40,438 nucleotides of DNA from a bacterium (GTDB lineage: Bacteria; Sysuimicrobiota; Sysuimicrobiia; Sysuimicrobiales; Kaftiobacteriaceae), in contig JBIOWP010000120.1 of NCBI GenBank assembly GCA_044868695.1, forward strand, positions 1 through 40,438. Reading direction: 5' to 3'. The notes under the pieces are model-generated. The model saw only the letters and a list, made by a program, of their open reading frames with translations. It did not search any database and was not told the origin of the DNA. The translations under genes and the position numbers were made by a program. This document shows positions 1-9,946 of the stretch, piece after piece (within the stretch, counting starts at the first letter, position 1; every line of letters begins with the position of its first letter).

Positions 1-2
1 GC

Positions 3-134
3 GACCTGGCCGCGGGAGAGCGGGGACAGGCGGGCCTGCTCGCGTCCGACGTCGCCCACGCACTGCCCAAGGCCGTAGCCCGCGTACAGGCCGGACAGCA
101 GACCGATATCGTCCGTGAGCTCCGCGACCGGTAG
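3..134 (+). CDS. nnrD: NAD(P)H-hydrate dehydratase (YjeF/Nnr), C-terminal fragment, truncated by window edge
   Basis: Frame 3 reads DLAAGERGQAGLLASDVAHALPKAV...RDR*, like the YjeF C-terminal (G)DLAA..GLLASD..LP motif; stop TAG 132-134; nnr commonly precedes alr. Confidence 0.7.
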   Translation, partial: DLAAGERGQAGLLASDVAHALPKAVARVQAGQQTDIVRELRDR

Positions 135-159
135 ATCCTACTTCTTACCCATTCTACTC

Positions 160-1320
160 TCATCTAATCCGCCGGGCCCCCTCCGCCGCCTCTGTCACAA
201 AGAACGTGCCCTCGCGTCCGGTTCTCCTGCGGTATCCGTCCGCGGCGGCTGCGAGAAATGCCCCCGCCTGCGAGCGTAGCACGAGCGCCACCGCCGCGCC
301 GCCGAAGCCGGCGCCGGTCATCCGCGCCGCAATGCAGCCCGGCGCCTCCAGTGACGCGTCGACCATCGCGTCGAGTTCAGGGCTACTGACCTCGTAATCG
401 TCGCGCAGGCTGAGGTGCGACGCGCGGAAGGTGTCGCGCAGACCCGCAACCCCGCCTCCTTCCAACAGCCGCGCGGCCTCCACGACGCGCGCGTTCTCGG
501 TGACGACATGGCGCGCGCGCCGGCGCAGCGGCTCAGGAAGGCGCTGGACACCCGGAAGGTCCTCGGGGGTGAGGTCGCGCAGCGACGCAATCCGGGCGCC
601 ACTCGATTGGAGCGCGCGGACGGCGTCTGCGCATTCCTGCCGGCGCTGCGCGTACGCCGATGCGGCCAGCGTGCGGGCGACGCCCGTGGCGCAGACCGCG
701 ATGACGACGTCGCCGCCGAGAGGAATGTGATGGGTCTCCTGCGAGCGGCAGTCCAGGAACAGCGCGTGTCCGCGCCGGCAGAGTATCACGCCAAACTGAT
801 CCATGATGCCGCAGGGGACCCCGACGAATTCGACCTCCGCAGCCCAGCACAGCAGCGCGCGCTCCCGCGGGGGCAGCGGGCGTGCGCTCGCCGCCCCCAG
901 CACCAGCGCCGAGGCCGCCTCCACGGCCGCCGACGAACTGAGTCCGGCCCCGATCGGGAGATCCCCGCCGATGACGGCATCAAGTCCGGCCACGACCAGT
1001 CCCCGTTCCACCATCTTCACGGCGACGCCCTGGGGGTAGCGGGCCCACGCGGGCAGGGCCGGTGCCGCGGGCGCGCCCGTGGGAAACTCCGCCAGGCCGT
1101 CAAACGCGGTCGCCGCGAGCCTGACCACCGGGGTTCCCGTGGGCCGCGCGGCGATGACCACGTGCCGGTCGATCCCCGCCGGGAGCACCAGCCCGTTGTT
1201 ATAGTCGGTGTGCTCCCCGATGAGGTTCACCCGCCCCGGCGCCGCGGCGAAGAGAGTGGGCTCCCCGCCAAACTGCCGGGCGAAGGCGCGCATCACCGAT
1301 TCAGGGATCGCGGACACCAT
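160..1320 (-). CDS. galK: Galactokinase
   Basis: APGRVNLIGEHTDYN, GAGLSSSAA, CGIMDQ and ARMTGAGFGG GHMP/GalK motifs; GGAG SD before ATG. Confidence 0.96.
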   Translation of the reverse strand: MVSAIPESVMRAFARQFGGEPTLFAAAPGRVNLIGEHTDYNNGLVLPAGIDRHVVIAARPTGTPVVRLAATAFDGLAEFPTGAPAAPALPAWARYPQGVAVKMVERGLVVAGLDAVIGGDLPIGAGLSSSAAVEAASALVLGAASARPLPPRERALLCWAAEVEFVGVPCGIMDQFGVILCRRGHALFLDCRSQETHHIPLGGDVVIAVCATGVARTLAASAYAQRRQECADAVRALQSSGARIASLRDLTPEDLPGVQRLPEPLRRRARHVVTENARVVEAARLLEGGGVAGLRDTFRASHLSLRDDYEVSSPELDAMVDASLEAPGCIAARMTGAGFGGAAVALVLRSQAGAFLAAAADGYRRRTGREGTFFVTEAAEGARRIR

Positions 1321-1333
1321 GACTCCTAGGCCG

Positions 1334-2212
1334 TTACGCTTTGAGCGATCCGGCCAGCAGCCCGCGCATGAAGTACCGGCCCAGCAGGATGTAGACGAGC
1401 ATCGTGGGGAGCGCGGAAAGCAGGGCGCCGGCCATCTGCACGTTCCATTCGACGATATAGCTGCCGGCCAGATTGTTGAGCGCCACCATGATGGGTTGGA
1501 CCGCCGGCCGCGGCGTGACGATGACGCCGAAGAGGAAGTCGTTCCAAATGGAGGTGAACTGCCAGATCGTTACCACCGCGAACGCCGGCATCGAGATCGG
1601 GACGATGACCGATCGGTAGATGCCGAGGATGCCGGCGCCGTCGATCTTCGCCGCCTCGACGAGTTCGCCCGGCACCGTGCTGTAGTAGTTGCGGAAGATC
1701 AGGGTGGTGATCGGGATGCCGTACACGACGTGCACGAAGACCAGCCCCGCGATCGAGCCGTACAGGCCGATCCGGCTCAGCACCTGAACCAGCGGGATCA
1801 GGATGCTCTGATAGGGGATGAACATCCCGAAGAGCATCAAGGTAAACAGGGCATCGGAGCCGCGGAACTTCCACTTCGAGAGGACGTACCCGTTCAGCGA
1901 TCCCAGCATGGCCGACAGCAGCGTCGCGGGCACCGCCAGCGTCATGCTGTTCCAGAAGTTGTTGGCCAGTCCCCGGAATCCCTGGGCCTCGCTGCCCAGC
2001 CAGGCCTTGCTGAAGCTGTCGAAGGAGAGCCTGGCGGGCCAGTCCCACATCCGGTAGAGGTTGACCTCCTCGAAGCTTTTCATCCCGGTGATCGCCAGCA
2101 CGTAGATGGGCAGCAGGTAGAAGAGCGCGAAGGCGGTGAGGACCGCGTAGGTGCCCAGGCGCGGCCGGTACCGCAGCCGGGGGAGGTCGAGGGGAAGGAC
2201 GCGGGCCGCTAT
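1334..2212 (-). CDS. Carbohydrate ABC transporter permease (MalG-type); probable ATA start at 2212 (first conventional start is GTG 2101)
   Basis: EAA loop ([11 protein letters not shown]), WNDFLFG motif; the open frame continues 37 codons upstream of 2101 and encodes the first TM helix ([17 protein letters not shown]). Confidence 0.9.
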   Translation of the reverse strand: MAARVLPLDLPRLRYRPRLGTYAVLTAFALFYLLPIYVLAITGMKSFEEVNLYRMWDWPARLSFDSFSKAWLGSEAQGFRGLANNFWNSMTLAVPATLLSAMLGSLNGYVLSKWKFRGSDALFTLMLFGMFIPYQSILIPLVQVLSRIGLYGSIAGLVFVHVVYGIPITTLIFRNYYSTVPGELVEAAKIDGAGILGIYRSVIVPISMPAFAVVTIWQFTSIWNDFLFGVIVTPRPAVQPIMVALNNLAGSYIVEWNVQMAGALLSALPTMLVYILLGRYFMRGLLAGSLKA

Positions 2213-3156
2213 CGCTGCGTCTCCACGCGCAGGCTGAAAATGAGGTAGGGCACGATGAGCAGGGCGACCATGATCAGCAGGATCGTGGCGATGCCGGCGC
2301 CCTGGGCGAAGTTGTTCCCGCGGAAGGTGGTATCGAACATGAAGAAGGCCGGCACATCTGAGGAGAACCCCGGTCCCGGGCCGGTCATCGCCACGACCAG
2401 GTCAAAGATCTTCAGTGAAATGTGGCCCAGGATGATGATCGCGCCGAGGGTGATCGGGTACAGGAGGGGCACGATGATGCGGCGGTACACCTGGACGTCA
2501 CTGGCGCCGTCGACCCGCGCGGCTTCGCGGAGTTCTTCTGGAATCCCCCGCAGCCCCGCGAGATACATCGCCATGACGTATCCCGACATCTGCCACACCG
2601 CCGCGATCACGACCGCCTTGATGCCGATCTTGGGATCCGTGTACCAGCCGGTTTTCAAGACGTCCAGGCCCGCCCGTTCCAGCAGCAGGTTGACTCCGGT
2701 GCTCCCCAGCTGCGCGCTGCCCGGGTTGAGCAGCCAGCGCCACACCACGCCGGTGACGATGAACGACAGCGCGAGGGGGAACAGGTAGATGCTGCGGAAG
2801 ATGCCCTCGCCGCGGATCCGGCGGTCCAGCAACACCGCCAGCGCAAAGCCGAGCAAGAGGCACGCCGCGAGAAAGAAGAGGGTGAAGGTCACCGCGTTGC
2901 GCAGGTCGATCTGGAAGCGGATCGTGCCGAAGAGCCGGGCGTAGTTCGCCAGTCCCACAAATGAGAAATCAGGCGCGAGCGAGTTCCACTTTGTAAACGA
3001 GGCGAACGCGGTAAACCCGATGAAGCCGTAGACGAAGACGGCGACGGCAACGAGCGAGGGAGCGATCAGCAGGACCGAGATCGCCTGGTCCGCGGTGGGA
3101 AGGCGCAGCGAGGCAGCCCGCGGACGGACTGCCTCGCTGGCGTCGCCTGCTTCCAC
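2209..3156 (-). CDS. Carbohydrate ABC transporter permease (MalF-type)
   Basis: FVGLANY, EAA loop [19 protein letters not shown], multiple TM segments. Confidence 0.93.
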   Translation of the reverse strand: MEAGDASEAVRPRAASLRLPTADQAISVLLIAPSLVAVAVFVYGFIGFTAFASFTKWNSLAPDFSFVGLANYARLFGTIRFQIDLRNAVTFTLFFLAACLLLGFALAVLLDRRIRGEGIFRSIYLFPLALSFIVTGVVWRWLLNPGSAQLGSTGVNLLLERAGLDVLKTGWYTDPKIGIKAVVIAAVWQMSGYVMAMYLAGLRGIPEELREAARVDGASDVQVYRRIIVPLLYPITLGAIIILGHISLKIFDLVVAMTGPGPGFSSDVPAFFMFDTTFRGNNFAQGAGIATILLIMVALLIVPYLIFSLRVETQR

Positions 3157-3159
3157 GAC

Positions 3160-4416
3160 CTACATGCAGATCCCGGCGTTCTTACAGGCCGCCTGCAGCG
3201 TGGCCTGCGTTTTCGCGACATCGCCGCTGGTCACGAACAGCGCGATCGCGTCCTTGTACTCGGTGGCCCAGCTCTCGTACGCCGCGGCCCCGTGCATCAC
3301 GCTCGGCACCAGCGCATTCCCGCGCCAGTCCTTGGCCGCGGACTGGAGGTACGCGTCGAACAGCGACTGGGTGCAGTCTGTGCGGGCGCAGATGGACCCC
3401 TTCTTCGGGTTGAAGGCTTCCTGGCCCCCCTTCGAGCCCGCGACCTTGAGCCAGTTCAGCGCATTCTGCCGGTTCTTGGATCCCTTCGGCATGGCGAAGC
3501 TGTCCGACAGCGCGTCGAAAATGCCCGCGTTCCCCGGCGCGGGGGCCCAGCCATAGTCGCGGTAGCTCTTCGACTGGAACCAGCCTTCCTGCCAGTCGCC
3601 CATGATCTGCATCGCGCCTTTGCCGTCGATGAGATACTGGCCGGCGCCGTCCCAGGTCAGGGCGGCGTGATCGCTGTTGACGTAGGTGAGCATCTTCTTG
3701 AACGTGTTCAGCGCCTGGGTGACCCTGGCATCGGTCCACGCCGTCTTGCCGGTCCATAGGCCGCGATAGCCGTTCGCCCCCAGCGTGCCGATCAGGACGG
3801 TTTCAAACACATGCCCGGCCTCCCATCCGTCCTTGTCTCCGAACGCGAAGGGCACGATGCCCTTGGCCCGGAGCGCGTCGGACGCCCGGAAGAACTCGTC
3901 GAAGGTCTTGGGGGGCGTCAGGTTATTGGAGGAAAGGACTTTCTTGCTGTACCAGAGCACATTCGCCCGGTGAATGTTCACGGGCACGGACCAGAAGTGA
4001 TTCTGGTAGCGCAGCAGCGTCAGCAGGTCTTTGGGAAGCACCTTCTCCCAGCCCTCTGACGAAAACAGTGAATCCAGCGGCTCAAGGAATCTGGCCGGCT
4101 CGTATTTCTGGACTTCGAGCCCCGCGTGGACCTGGAACGAATCCGGCGGGTCGCCGCCCGTCAGGCGGGTGGCCAGCACCGCCTTCGCGTTCGTCCCCGC
4201 CCCCCCGGCGACCGTGGCGTTCACGATCTCCACGCCCGGGTAGAGCTTCTTGTACGCTCCGAACATCCCCGTCAGTCCCTCGGCCTCGCCGCCGGCGGTC
4301 CACCAGCTGAAAATCTCCAGCTTGCCCGATGGCGCCGCTCCGACCCACCCCGGCGACATGACGGAGAGGATCAGAAGCACACCTGCTATGGAAAGCGATC
4401 GTATCTGCCGAAACAT
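3160..4416 (-). CDS. Sugar ABC transporter substrate-binding protein, glucose/galactose-binding type
   Basis: Signal peptide then KLEIFSWW...VNATVAGGAG...GGDPPDSFQVHAG, as in Thermus GBP/Pseudomonas GtsA-type proteins; start set at ATG 4416 (G-rich SD), since the longer ORF overlaps alr. Confidence 0.92.
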   Translation of the reverse strand: MFRQIRSLSIAGVLLILSVMSPGWVGAAPSGKLEIFSWWTAGGEAEGLTGMFGAYKKLYPGVEIVNATVAGGAGTNAKAVLATRLTGGDPPDSFQVHAGLEVQKYEPARFLEPLDSLFSSEGWEKVLPKDLLTLLRYQNHFWSVPVNIHRANVLWYSKKVLSSNNLTPPKTFDEFFRASDALRAKGIVPFAFGDKDGWEAGHVFETVLIGTLGANGYRGLWTGKTAWTDARVTQALNTFKKMLTYVNSDHAALTWDGAGQYLIDGKGAMQIMGDWQEGWFQSKSYRDYGWAPAPGNAGIFDALSDSFAMPKGSKNRQNALNWLKVAGSKGGQEAFNPKKGSICARTDCTQSLFDAYLQSAAKDWRGNALVPSVMHGAAAYESWATEYKDAIALFVTSGDVAKTQATLQAACKNAGICM

Positions 4417-4525
4417 TTTCCGCCCACCCCCTCTCGGCATGGCCATATTACACCGCGGACGGGTGGGGTCCCTTCTGATCGGGCCGGTAGGCCCGCCGTG
4501 CGGCGCTGTCGAATCGAGGTGGACG

Positions 4526-5689
4526 ATGAAGATGAAGCGAAAACGCGACCGCGCACCCGCGCGACCGCTCGAGGTTGTCGCCGCCCTGGCGCCGTCCACT
4601 GAGACGGCCGCGCTGCGGGCGTGGGCGGAGGTGGATCTGGCGGCGATCGCCCAAAACATCCGGGCCCTGCGCGGCCGCCTTGCGCCCTCCTGCCGGCTGA
4701 TGGCGGTGGTGAAGGCGGATGCGTACGGCCACGGCGTGGTACCGGTGTGCGGCGCCGCCCTGGACGCCGGCGCCGACTGGCTGGGCGTCGCCACGCTCGG
4801 CGAAGGCATCGCCCTGCGGCTCGGTGGGATCGCCGCCCCGATTCTTGTGCTGGGCGCGCTGACGGCGGGGGAGGTCGCCGATGCCGTCGCGCACCGGATG
4901 AGTATCAGCGTCACGTCGCATGAGATGGCGGAGATCGTCCTCCGCCACACCGGGACCGTCCCGCCGGTCCACCTCAAGATCGATACCGGCATGACGCGGC
5001 TGGGGATCTTCCCCCAAGACGCGCCGGCGCTGCTGGACCGGCTCACCGCCAGGGGCGTGCCCGTCGAGGGCTGCTACACGCAGCTGGCCTGCGCGGATGA
5101 ACCCAACCACCCCCTGACGGAGGAACAGCTCATCCGGTTCCGGCCGGTCGTAGAGGAGGTGCAGGCGCGGACCCCGCGGGCGCTTGTCCACGCCGCCAAC
5201 AGCGGCGCGGCGATGGCCGGTCCGCACACGCACTTTGACATGGTACGCATCGGGCTGGCGATGTACGGCCTGTACCCGTCGCCTCAGCTGCGCTCGCAGC
5301 TGGCCCTGCGGCCGGCGATGCGACTGTACGGGCGGGTGGTCCGCGCGGCACGGGTGGGCCCAGGGACCCCGGTGAGTTATGGCGCGCGCTACCGGACGGC
5401 GGCATCGACGACCATCGCGACCGTGGCGTGCGGCTACGCGGACGGGTACCCGCGGCTGGCTGGCGAGCGCGGGGAGGTCGTCATCCGCGGCCGCCGCCAC
5501 CGCATCTGTGGGCGCGTGTGCATGGATCATCTCATGGTGGATGTCGGCGCTCATCCGGTGGTTGCCGGCGATGTCGCAGAGCTCTTCGGGGATGCGATCA
5601 GCGCCGATGAAGTGGCGGCCTGGGCGCAGACCATTTCTTATGAAATATTGTGCGGCGTTGGTCTTCGGGTACCTCGTGTGTACCGGTAG
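4526..5689 (+). CDS. alr: Alanine racemase
   Basis: AVVKADAYGHG (PLP lysine), HLKIDTGMTRLG, GYADG, GRVCMD, TISYEILC; GAGGTGG SD before ATG 4526. Confidence 0.96.
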   Translation: MKMKRKRDRAPARPLEVVAALAPSTETAALRAWAEVDLAAIAQNIRALRGRLAPSCRLMAVVKADAYGHGVVPVCGAALDAGADWLGVATLGEGIALRLGGIAAPILVLGALTAGEVADAVAHRMSISVTSHEMAEIVLRHTGTVPPVHLKIDTGMTRLGIFPQDAPALLDRLTARGVPVEGCYTQLACADEPNHPLTEEQLIRFRPVVEEVQARTPRALVHAANSGAAMAGPHTHFDMVRIGLAMYGLYPSPQLRSQLALRPAMRLYGRVVRAARVGPGTPVSYGARYRTAASTTIATVACGYADGYPRLAGERGEVVIRGRRHRICGRVCMDHLMVDVGAHPVVAGDVAELFGDAISADEVAAWAQTISYEILCGVGLRVPRVYR

Positions 5690-5704
5690 TGGGGGAGACG
5701 GGGG

Positions 5705-6526
5705 ATGCGTGTGGCGTTTCAGGGCGAACGTGGCGCGTACAGCGAGGAGGCCGTCGCCCAGCTGCTTGGTGAGGTCGAGGTGCTGCCGTGTCCGACGCTG
5801 CGCGACGCCTTTGAGGCGGTGACCGCCGGCCGCGCCGATCGGGCCGTGGTCCCCTCCGAGAACTCGCAGGCCGGGTCGATCAACGAGACCTACGACCTGC
5901 TGGTATCGCACTCGCTGTTCATCACCGGCGAGCTCGACCTGCGCATCCGCCACTGCCTGCTGGCGCTGCCGGGACAGGATCTGCGGGCCATCCGCACCGT
6001 GTACTCGCATCCTCAGGCGCTGGCGCAGTGCGAGGCATTTCTCCGCCGGCACGGGTTCGAGCCGGTGCCTGCCTACGATACGGCGGGCAGCGCGAAGATG
6101 CTCGCCGAACGCCGGAGCGCGGGAGCGGGCGCGATCGCCGGCCGCGCCGCGGCTCGTATCTACGGGCTGGCGGTGCTGGCCGAGGGCATCGAGACCAACC
6201 CGTCCAACTACACGAAGTTTTTGAGCCTGGCACCGGCGCCCGCCCCGCGCGCGGCGGACTGCAAGACCTCGATTGTGTTTACCACGAAGAATGTCCCGGG
6301 CGCCCTCTACCAGGCCCTGGGCGCGCTGGCCACGCGGTCCATCAATCTCAGCAAGCTGGAGTCACGCCCGCGGCGACAACTCCCCTGGGAGTATCTGTTT
6401 TACGTCGACTTCGAAGGTCATCAGGACGATCCACAAACCGCGGCGGCCCTCGCGGATCTGTCTCGGGTAACGACCTTCCTACGGGTGCTGGGGTCCTATC
6501 CGAGGTCTCAGACGCCCCTCACATGA
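5705..6526 (+). CDS. pheA: Prephenate dehydratase (monofunctional, with ACT domain)
   Basis: VAFQGERGAYSEEA, ENSQAGS, YSHPQALAQC, NYTKF, NLSKLESRP, WEYLFYVD. Confidence 0.95.
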   Translation: MRVAFQGERGAYSEEAVAQLLGEVEVLPCPTLRDAFEAVTAGRADRAVVPSENSQAGSINETYDLLVSHSLFITGELDLRIRHCLLALPGQDLRAIRTVYSHPQALAQCEAFLRRHGFEPVPAYDTAGSAKMLAERRSAGAGAIAGRAAARIYGLAVLAEGIETNPSNYTKFLSLAPAPAPRAADCKTSIVFTTKNVPGALYQALGALATRSINLSKLESRPRRQLPWEYLFYVDFEGHQDDPQTAAALADLSRVTTFLRVLGSYPRSQTPLT

Positions 6527-8172
6527 CCTCGAACACCGACCCTCCCTCAGTGGTCCCCTTCGGGGACCGGGGTGTAGTAGTCGAATTCGACGACGACCTC
6601 TCGCCGGCGATCAACGGCAGGGTCCGCGAGTTGGCCCGCCGGGTGGAGAGGATTCCCGGGGTCGCTGAGGTGGTACCGACGTTCCGGTCGCTGCTGGTGA
6701 TCCTCGATCCGTCGGCCCCCGACCGCGACGCACTGCGGGCGACCATTCTGGATCTGTCACGTCGGCTTCCGGCCGGCCCAGGGAATACCGGGCGCACGAT
6801 CGAGATCCCCGTCGTCTACGGGGGAGAGGCCGGCCCGGATCTGGCCGATGTCGCGCAAACGTGCGGCCTCACCACGCGGGAGGTCATCGAGCTCCACAGC
6901 CGTGAGCCGTACCTGGTGTTCATGCTGGGATTCGCGCCGGGGTTTCCGTACCTGGGCGTCCTGCCCGCCGGCCTGCGCACGCGGCGGCTGGCCTCTCCGC
7001 GTACCCGCGTGCCGCCGGGCTCGGTGGGCGTCGCCGATCTGATGACGGGCATCTACCCCCTGCCCACCGCGGGCGGCTGGAACCTGATCGGCCGCACTTC
7101 TCGCGTGCTCTATGATCCCCGCGATCCCTCGCCGGTCTTGCTCTCTCCGGGAGATCTGGTCCGGTTTGTCCCTGTGTCGTCCGCCATCTTTCCCGATGGT
7201 CCCGACTCCCCGCCTCTGGCCGGGCCTGTGGGCCGTCCCGCGTTTCAGGTGCGCGAGAGCGGCCTGTACTCCACCGTGCAGGACCTGGGCCGGTCAGGAT
7301 ACCGCGCCCTCGGGCTGCCAGCCGCCGGGGCGATGGACCAGAGCGCTCTCCAGATCGCCAACCTCCTGGTGGGCAATGCGCCCGCAGCGGCTGCTGTTGA
7401 ATGCACTGCGCCCGGCCCCGTCCTGCGGGCGGTGGACGAACTCACGATCGCGCTCACCGGCGCCGATCTCTCGCCCGCCCTGGACGGCGCAGAGCTGGAG
7501 ATGTGGACGCCGCTGGAAATACGCGCCGGCCAGACGCTGTCGTTTGGGGCGCCGAGGCGCGGCATGTGGACGTATGTGGCGGTGGCCGGCGGCATCGATG
7601 TTCCGGAAGTGCTGGGGAGTGCCTCGACGTATGTTCCTGGCCGGCTGGGGGGAGTAGCGGGCCGGCGGCTGCTCGCAGGAGACGTCCTGGGGCGGGGAGA
7701 AGGAGCGAGGCGTTTCACCGCGCCGGGTTCGATTTCCCTCGACACGCCGGAAGACGGGGCCGCCGTCCGGGTCATCCCGGGTCCCCAGGAGGCGTGGTTT
7801 GACGACGGGGCCCGCGCGCAATTCTGGGCAGATGGATTTCGCGTCGGGGTCCACAGCGACCGGGCCGGCGTGCGGCTGGAGGGACCGGTGGTCCGGTCCA
7901 AGCGGGCGGCGATGCTCTCCGATGGAATGCTCCCCGGCGCCGTGCAGGTTCCCGGCAGCGGGCAGCCGATTGTCATCATGGCCGACGGGCCGACGACCGG
8001 CGGCTACCCGAAGATCGGGATCGTGGCCACCGCCGATCTTCGGCTGGTGGCGCAGGCGAGGCCTGGAACGGCGCTCCGGTTCGTTCCCGCCACGGTCGCA
8101 GAAGGGCTGGATGCGCTCCGCGCCTGGACGGAGACGCTGGCAGCGCTCCAGGGACAACGGCGTGATTTGTGA
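6523..8172 (+). CDS. pxpB: Fused 5-oxoprolinase subunits PxpB-PxpC (KipI/KipA-type carboxyltransferase domains)
   Basis: N-half: GDRGVVVEF, IPVVYGG, LGFAPGFPYL, GIYP..TAGGWNLIGRT; C-half: TVQDLGR, SDRAGVRLEG, DGPTTGGYPKI; ATGA overlap with pheA stop. Confidence 0.9.
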   Translation: MTSNTDPPSVVPFGDRGVVVEFDDDLSPAINGRVRELARRVERIPGVAEVVPTFRSLLVILDPSAPDRDALRATILDLSRRLPAGPGNTGRTIEIPVVYGGEAGPDLADVAQTCGLTTREVIELHSREPYLVFMLGFAPGFPYLGVLPAGLRTRRLASPRTRVPPGSVGVADLMTGIYPLPTAGGWNLIGRTSRVLYDPRDPSPVLLSPGDLVRFVPVSSAIFPDGPDSPPLAGPVGRPAFQVRESGLYSTVQDLGRSGYRALGLPAAGAMDQSALQIANLLVGNAPAAAAVECTAPGPVLRAVDELTIALTGADLSPALDGAELEMWTPLEIRAGQTLSFGAPRRGMWTYVAVAGGIDVPEVLGSASTYVPGRLGGVAGRRLLAGDVLGRGEGARRFTAPGSISLDTPEDGAAVRVIPGPQEAWFDDGARAQFWADGFRVGVHSDRAGVRLEGPVVRSKRAAMLSDGMLPGAVQVPGSGQPIVIMADGPTTGGYPKIGIVATADLRLVAQARPGTALRFVPATVAEGLDALRAWTETLAALQGQRRDL

Positions 8173-9191
8173 ATCGTGGATTGTCAAGAGTGAAGCGGAT
8201 GGACCTCGGTAGTCTGCCGCGCGTCCGCCTGGCCAACCTGCCGACGCCGCTGGATGAGGCGCCCCGGCTCACAGAGTACCTGCGCGGCCCCCGCATCTGG
8301 ATCAAACGTGATGACCTGACCGGCCTGGCGCTCGGTGGGAGCAAGGCGCGCAAGCTCGAGTTCCTGCTGGGGCAGGCCCGGGAGCAGGGGTGCGACGTCG
8401 TCATCACCGTCGGCGCGGTCCAATCCAACCACGCCCGCATGACGGCGGCCGCAGCCCGGCGGCTCGGGTTTGAGCCGATTGTCGTGCTGAACGGAGACTC
8501 CCCAGACGTTGCACAGGGGAACCTGCTGCTGGACAGGATCTTCGGAGCTGAAGTGCGGATCATCCAGACCGACGACGACTACGTGCTCATGGGCGTGGTC
8601 GACGACCTGGCCCGCCAGCTGCGGCGTCAGGGCCGGATCCCGTACGTGATCCCACGGGGCGGGAGCAACGCGTTCGGTGCCGCCGGGTATCTGCAGGGGT
8701 GGCTGGAACTGCAGGCGCAGATTGCCGCGCTGGGCATCCGGGTGGACGCGATCGTCCACACCAGTACCTCCGGCGGGACTCAATCCGGGCTCTACACGGG
8801 AACGAAAGTGACCGGCAGTGGCGTCCAGGTGATTGGTATCAGCGCCGGTCCCACGAAGGAGGTCGTCACGACCCGCGTCCTGGGGATCGTGACCGACATG
8901 GTCGAAGTCTTGGGCCTGCCGTGGCGTCCGCATCCGGATGATCTGATTGTCTACGACGACTACGTGGGGGAACGATATGGAGTACCGACCCCTGCGTGTC
9001 TGGAGGCGATCCGGGTGGTCGCCAGGACCGAAGGGATTCTGCTCGATCCGGTCTACACCGGGAAGGGGATGGCGGGGCTCATGGGGCTGATTACACGGGA
9101 GCGTCTGCGGCCGAACCAGAGCGTTGTGTTCTGGCATACCGGCGGCCAGCCCGCTCTCTTTGCCCATGCCGCCGCGCTGGCGGAGGAATGA
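8169..9191 (+). CDS. PLP-dependent D-cysteine desulfhydrase/ACC deaminase-family enzyme (D-Cys desulfhydrase-like); alternative starts 8190/8199
   Basis: PTPL, KRDDLTG, GGSKARKLEF, GAVQSNHAR, SGGTQSG, LDPVYTGK, HTGG. Confidence 0.88.
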   Translation: MNRGLSRVKRMDLGSLPRVRLANLPTPLDEAPRLTEYLRGPRIWIKRDDLTGLALGGSKARKLEFLLGQAREQGCDVVITVGAVQSNHARMTAAAARRLGFEPIVVLNGDSPDVAQGNLLLDRIFGAEVRIIQTDDDYVLMGVVDDLARQLRRQGRIPYVIPRGGSNAFGAAGYLQGWLELQAQIAALGIRVDAIVHTSTSGGTQSGLYTGTKVTGSGVQVIGISAGPTKEVVTTRVLGIVTDMVEVLGLPWRPHPDDLIVYDDYVGERYGVPTPACLEAIRVVARTEGILLDPVYTGKGMAGLMGLITRERLRPNQSVVFWHTGGQPALFAHAAALAEE

Positions 9192-9946
9192 ACCAGACGA
9201 TGCGGATCCATTACGTCTTGCTCGTGGCCATGGTGCTGCTGGGGGCCGCCGTGCTTCCCGGGAGTGCGGTGGCCCAGCTGGACCCGCTCGGGCCGGTCCT
9301 TCAGGATCCCGCATTGCTCAAAGCGTTTTCCGGGTTTCTGAAAACCGGAGCGGTGCGCGTGGAAAGCGTCCCCGATCTCTATCCCGGCGGCTACGCACGG
9401 ATCAGTCTGTATGCGCAGAAGGCGAACCTCGGCGGGCTGGTGGTGGAGGAGGTATGGTTCAAGCTGGTCGGCGCGTCGCTGGATCCCACCCTGCTCGGCC
9501 GCGGGAAGTTGAAGCTGACCGACGCGCGCGACACGGCGATGCATGGCCGGGCATCGATCAAAGGCCTGGAGGCCTTCTTCACCTCCGGCGACGGCATCAA
9601 GGACATCCGGCTGTGGTCCGATGGCGCATCCCTGTTTGCGGAGGGCACGGTCCCGCTGAACGGAGTCTCCGTGCGAGTGTTCCTCCAAGGGTATTTCACG
9701 GTCAGCGGCAGCAAAGAGCTGTTCTTCCACATTCAGAACGCCCGGCTGAACGGGTTGCCGATTTTTTCCTTCCTCCTGCGCTCGATGGAGAGTAAGATCA
9801 ATCCGGTGATGTCGCAGACGGCATGGCCGGTCACGTTCGACATCCGCTCGATCCGCATGACGAAAGAAGAGTTCCTGCTGTCCTCACAGCGTGATCTGGC
9901 TGCGCCCTGCGGGTTCTGCATTCCGGCCGTGCCCGCCGGCCCATGA
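9188..9946 (+). CDS. Exported hypothetical protein (possibly LmeA/DUF2993-like), C-terminal CGFC
   Basis: Signal-peptide-like N-terminus, ATGA overlaps on both sides, GGAGG SD; family guess is weak. Confidence 0.65.
   Translation: MNQTMRIHYVLLVAMVLLGAAVLPGSAVAQLDPLGPVLQDPALLKAFSGFLKTGAVRVESVPDLYPGGYARISLYAQKANLGGLVVEEVWFKLVGASLDPTLLGRGKLKLTDARDTAMHGRASIKGLEAFFTSGDGIKDIRLWSDGASLFAEGTVPLNGVSVRVFLQGYFTVSGSKELFFHIQNARLNGLPIFSFLLRSMESKINPVMSQTAWPVTFDIRSIRMTKEEFLLSSQRDLAAPCGFCIPAVPAGP

Noticed and set aside
1..152. Minus-strand ATG-GGT-AAG-AAG-TAG followed by an open frame (possible amber readthrough)
   Set aside because: The open stretch is the antisense shadow of the nnrD 3' end; no pyl genes or homology support.
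8169..9191. ACC deaminase (acdS)
   Set aside because: Has DPVYT and HTGG rather than the DPVYE and HLGG of true ACC deaminases.
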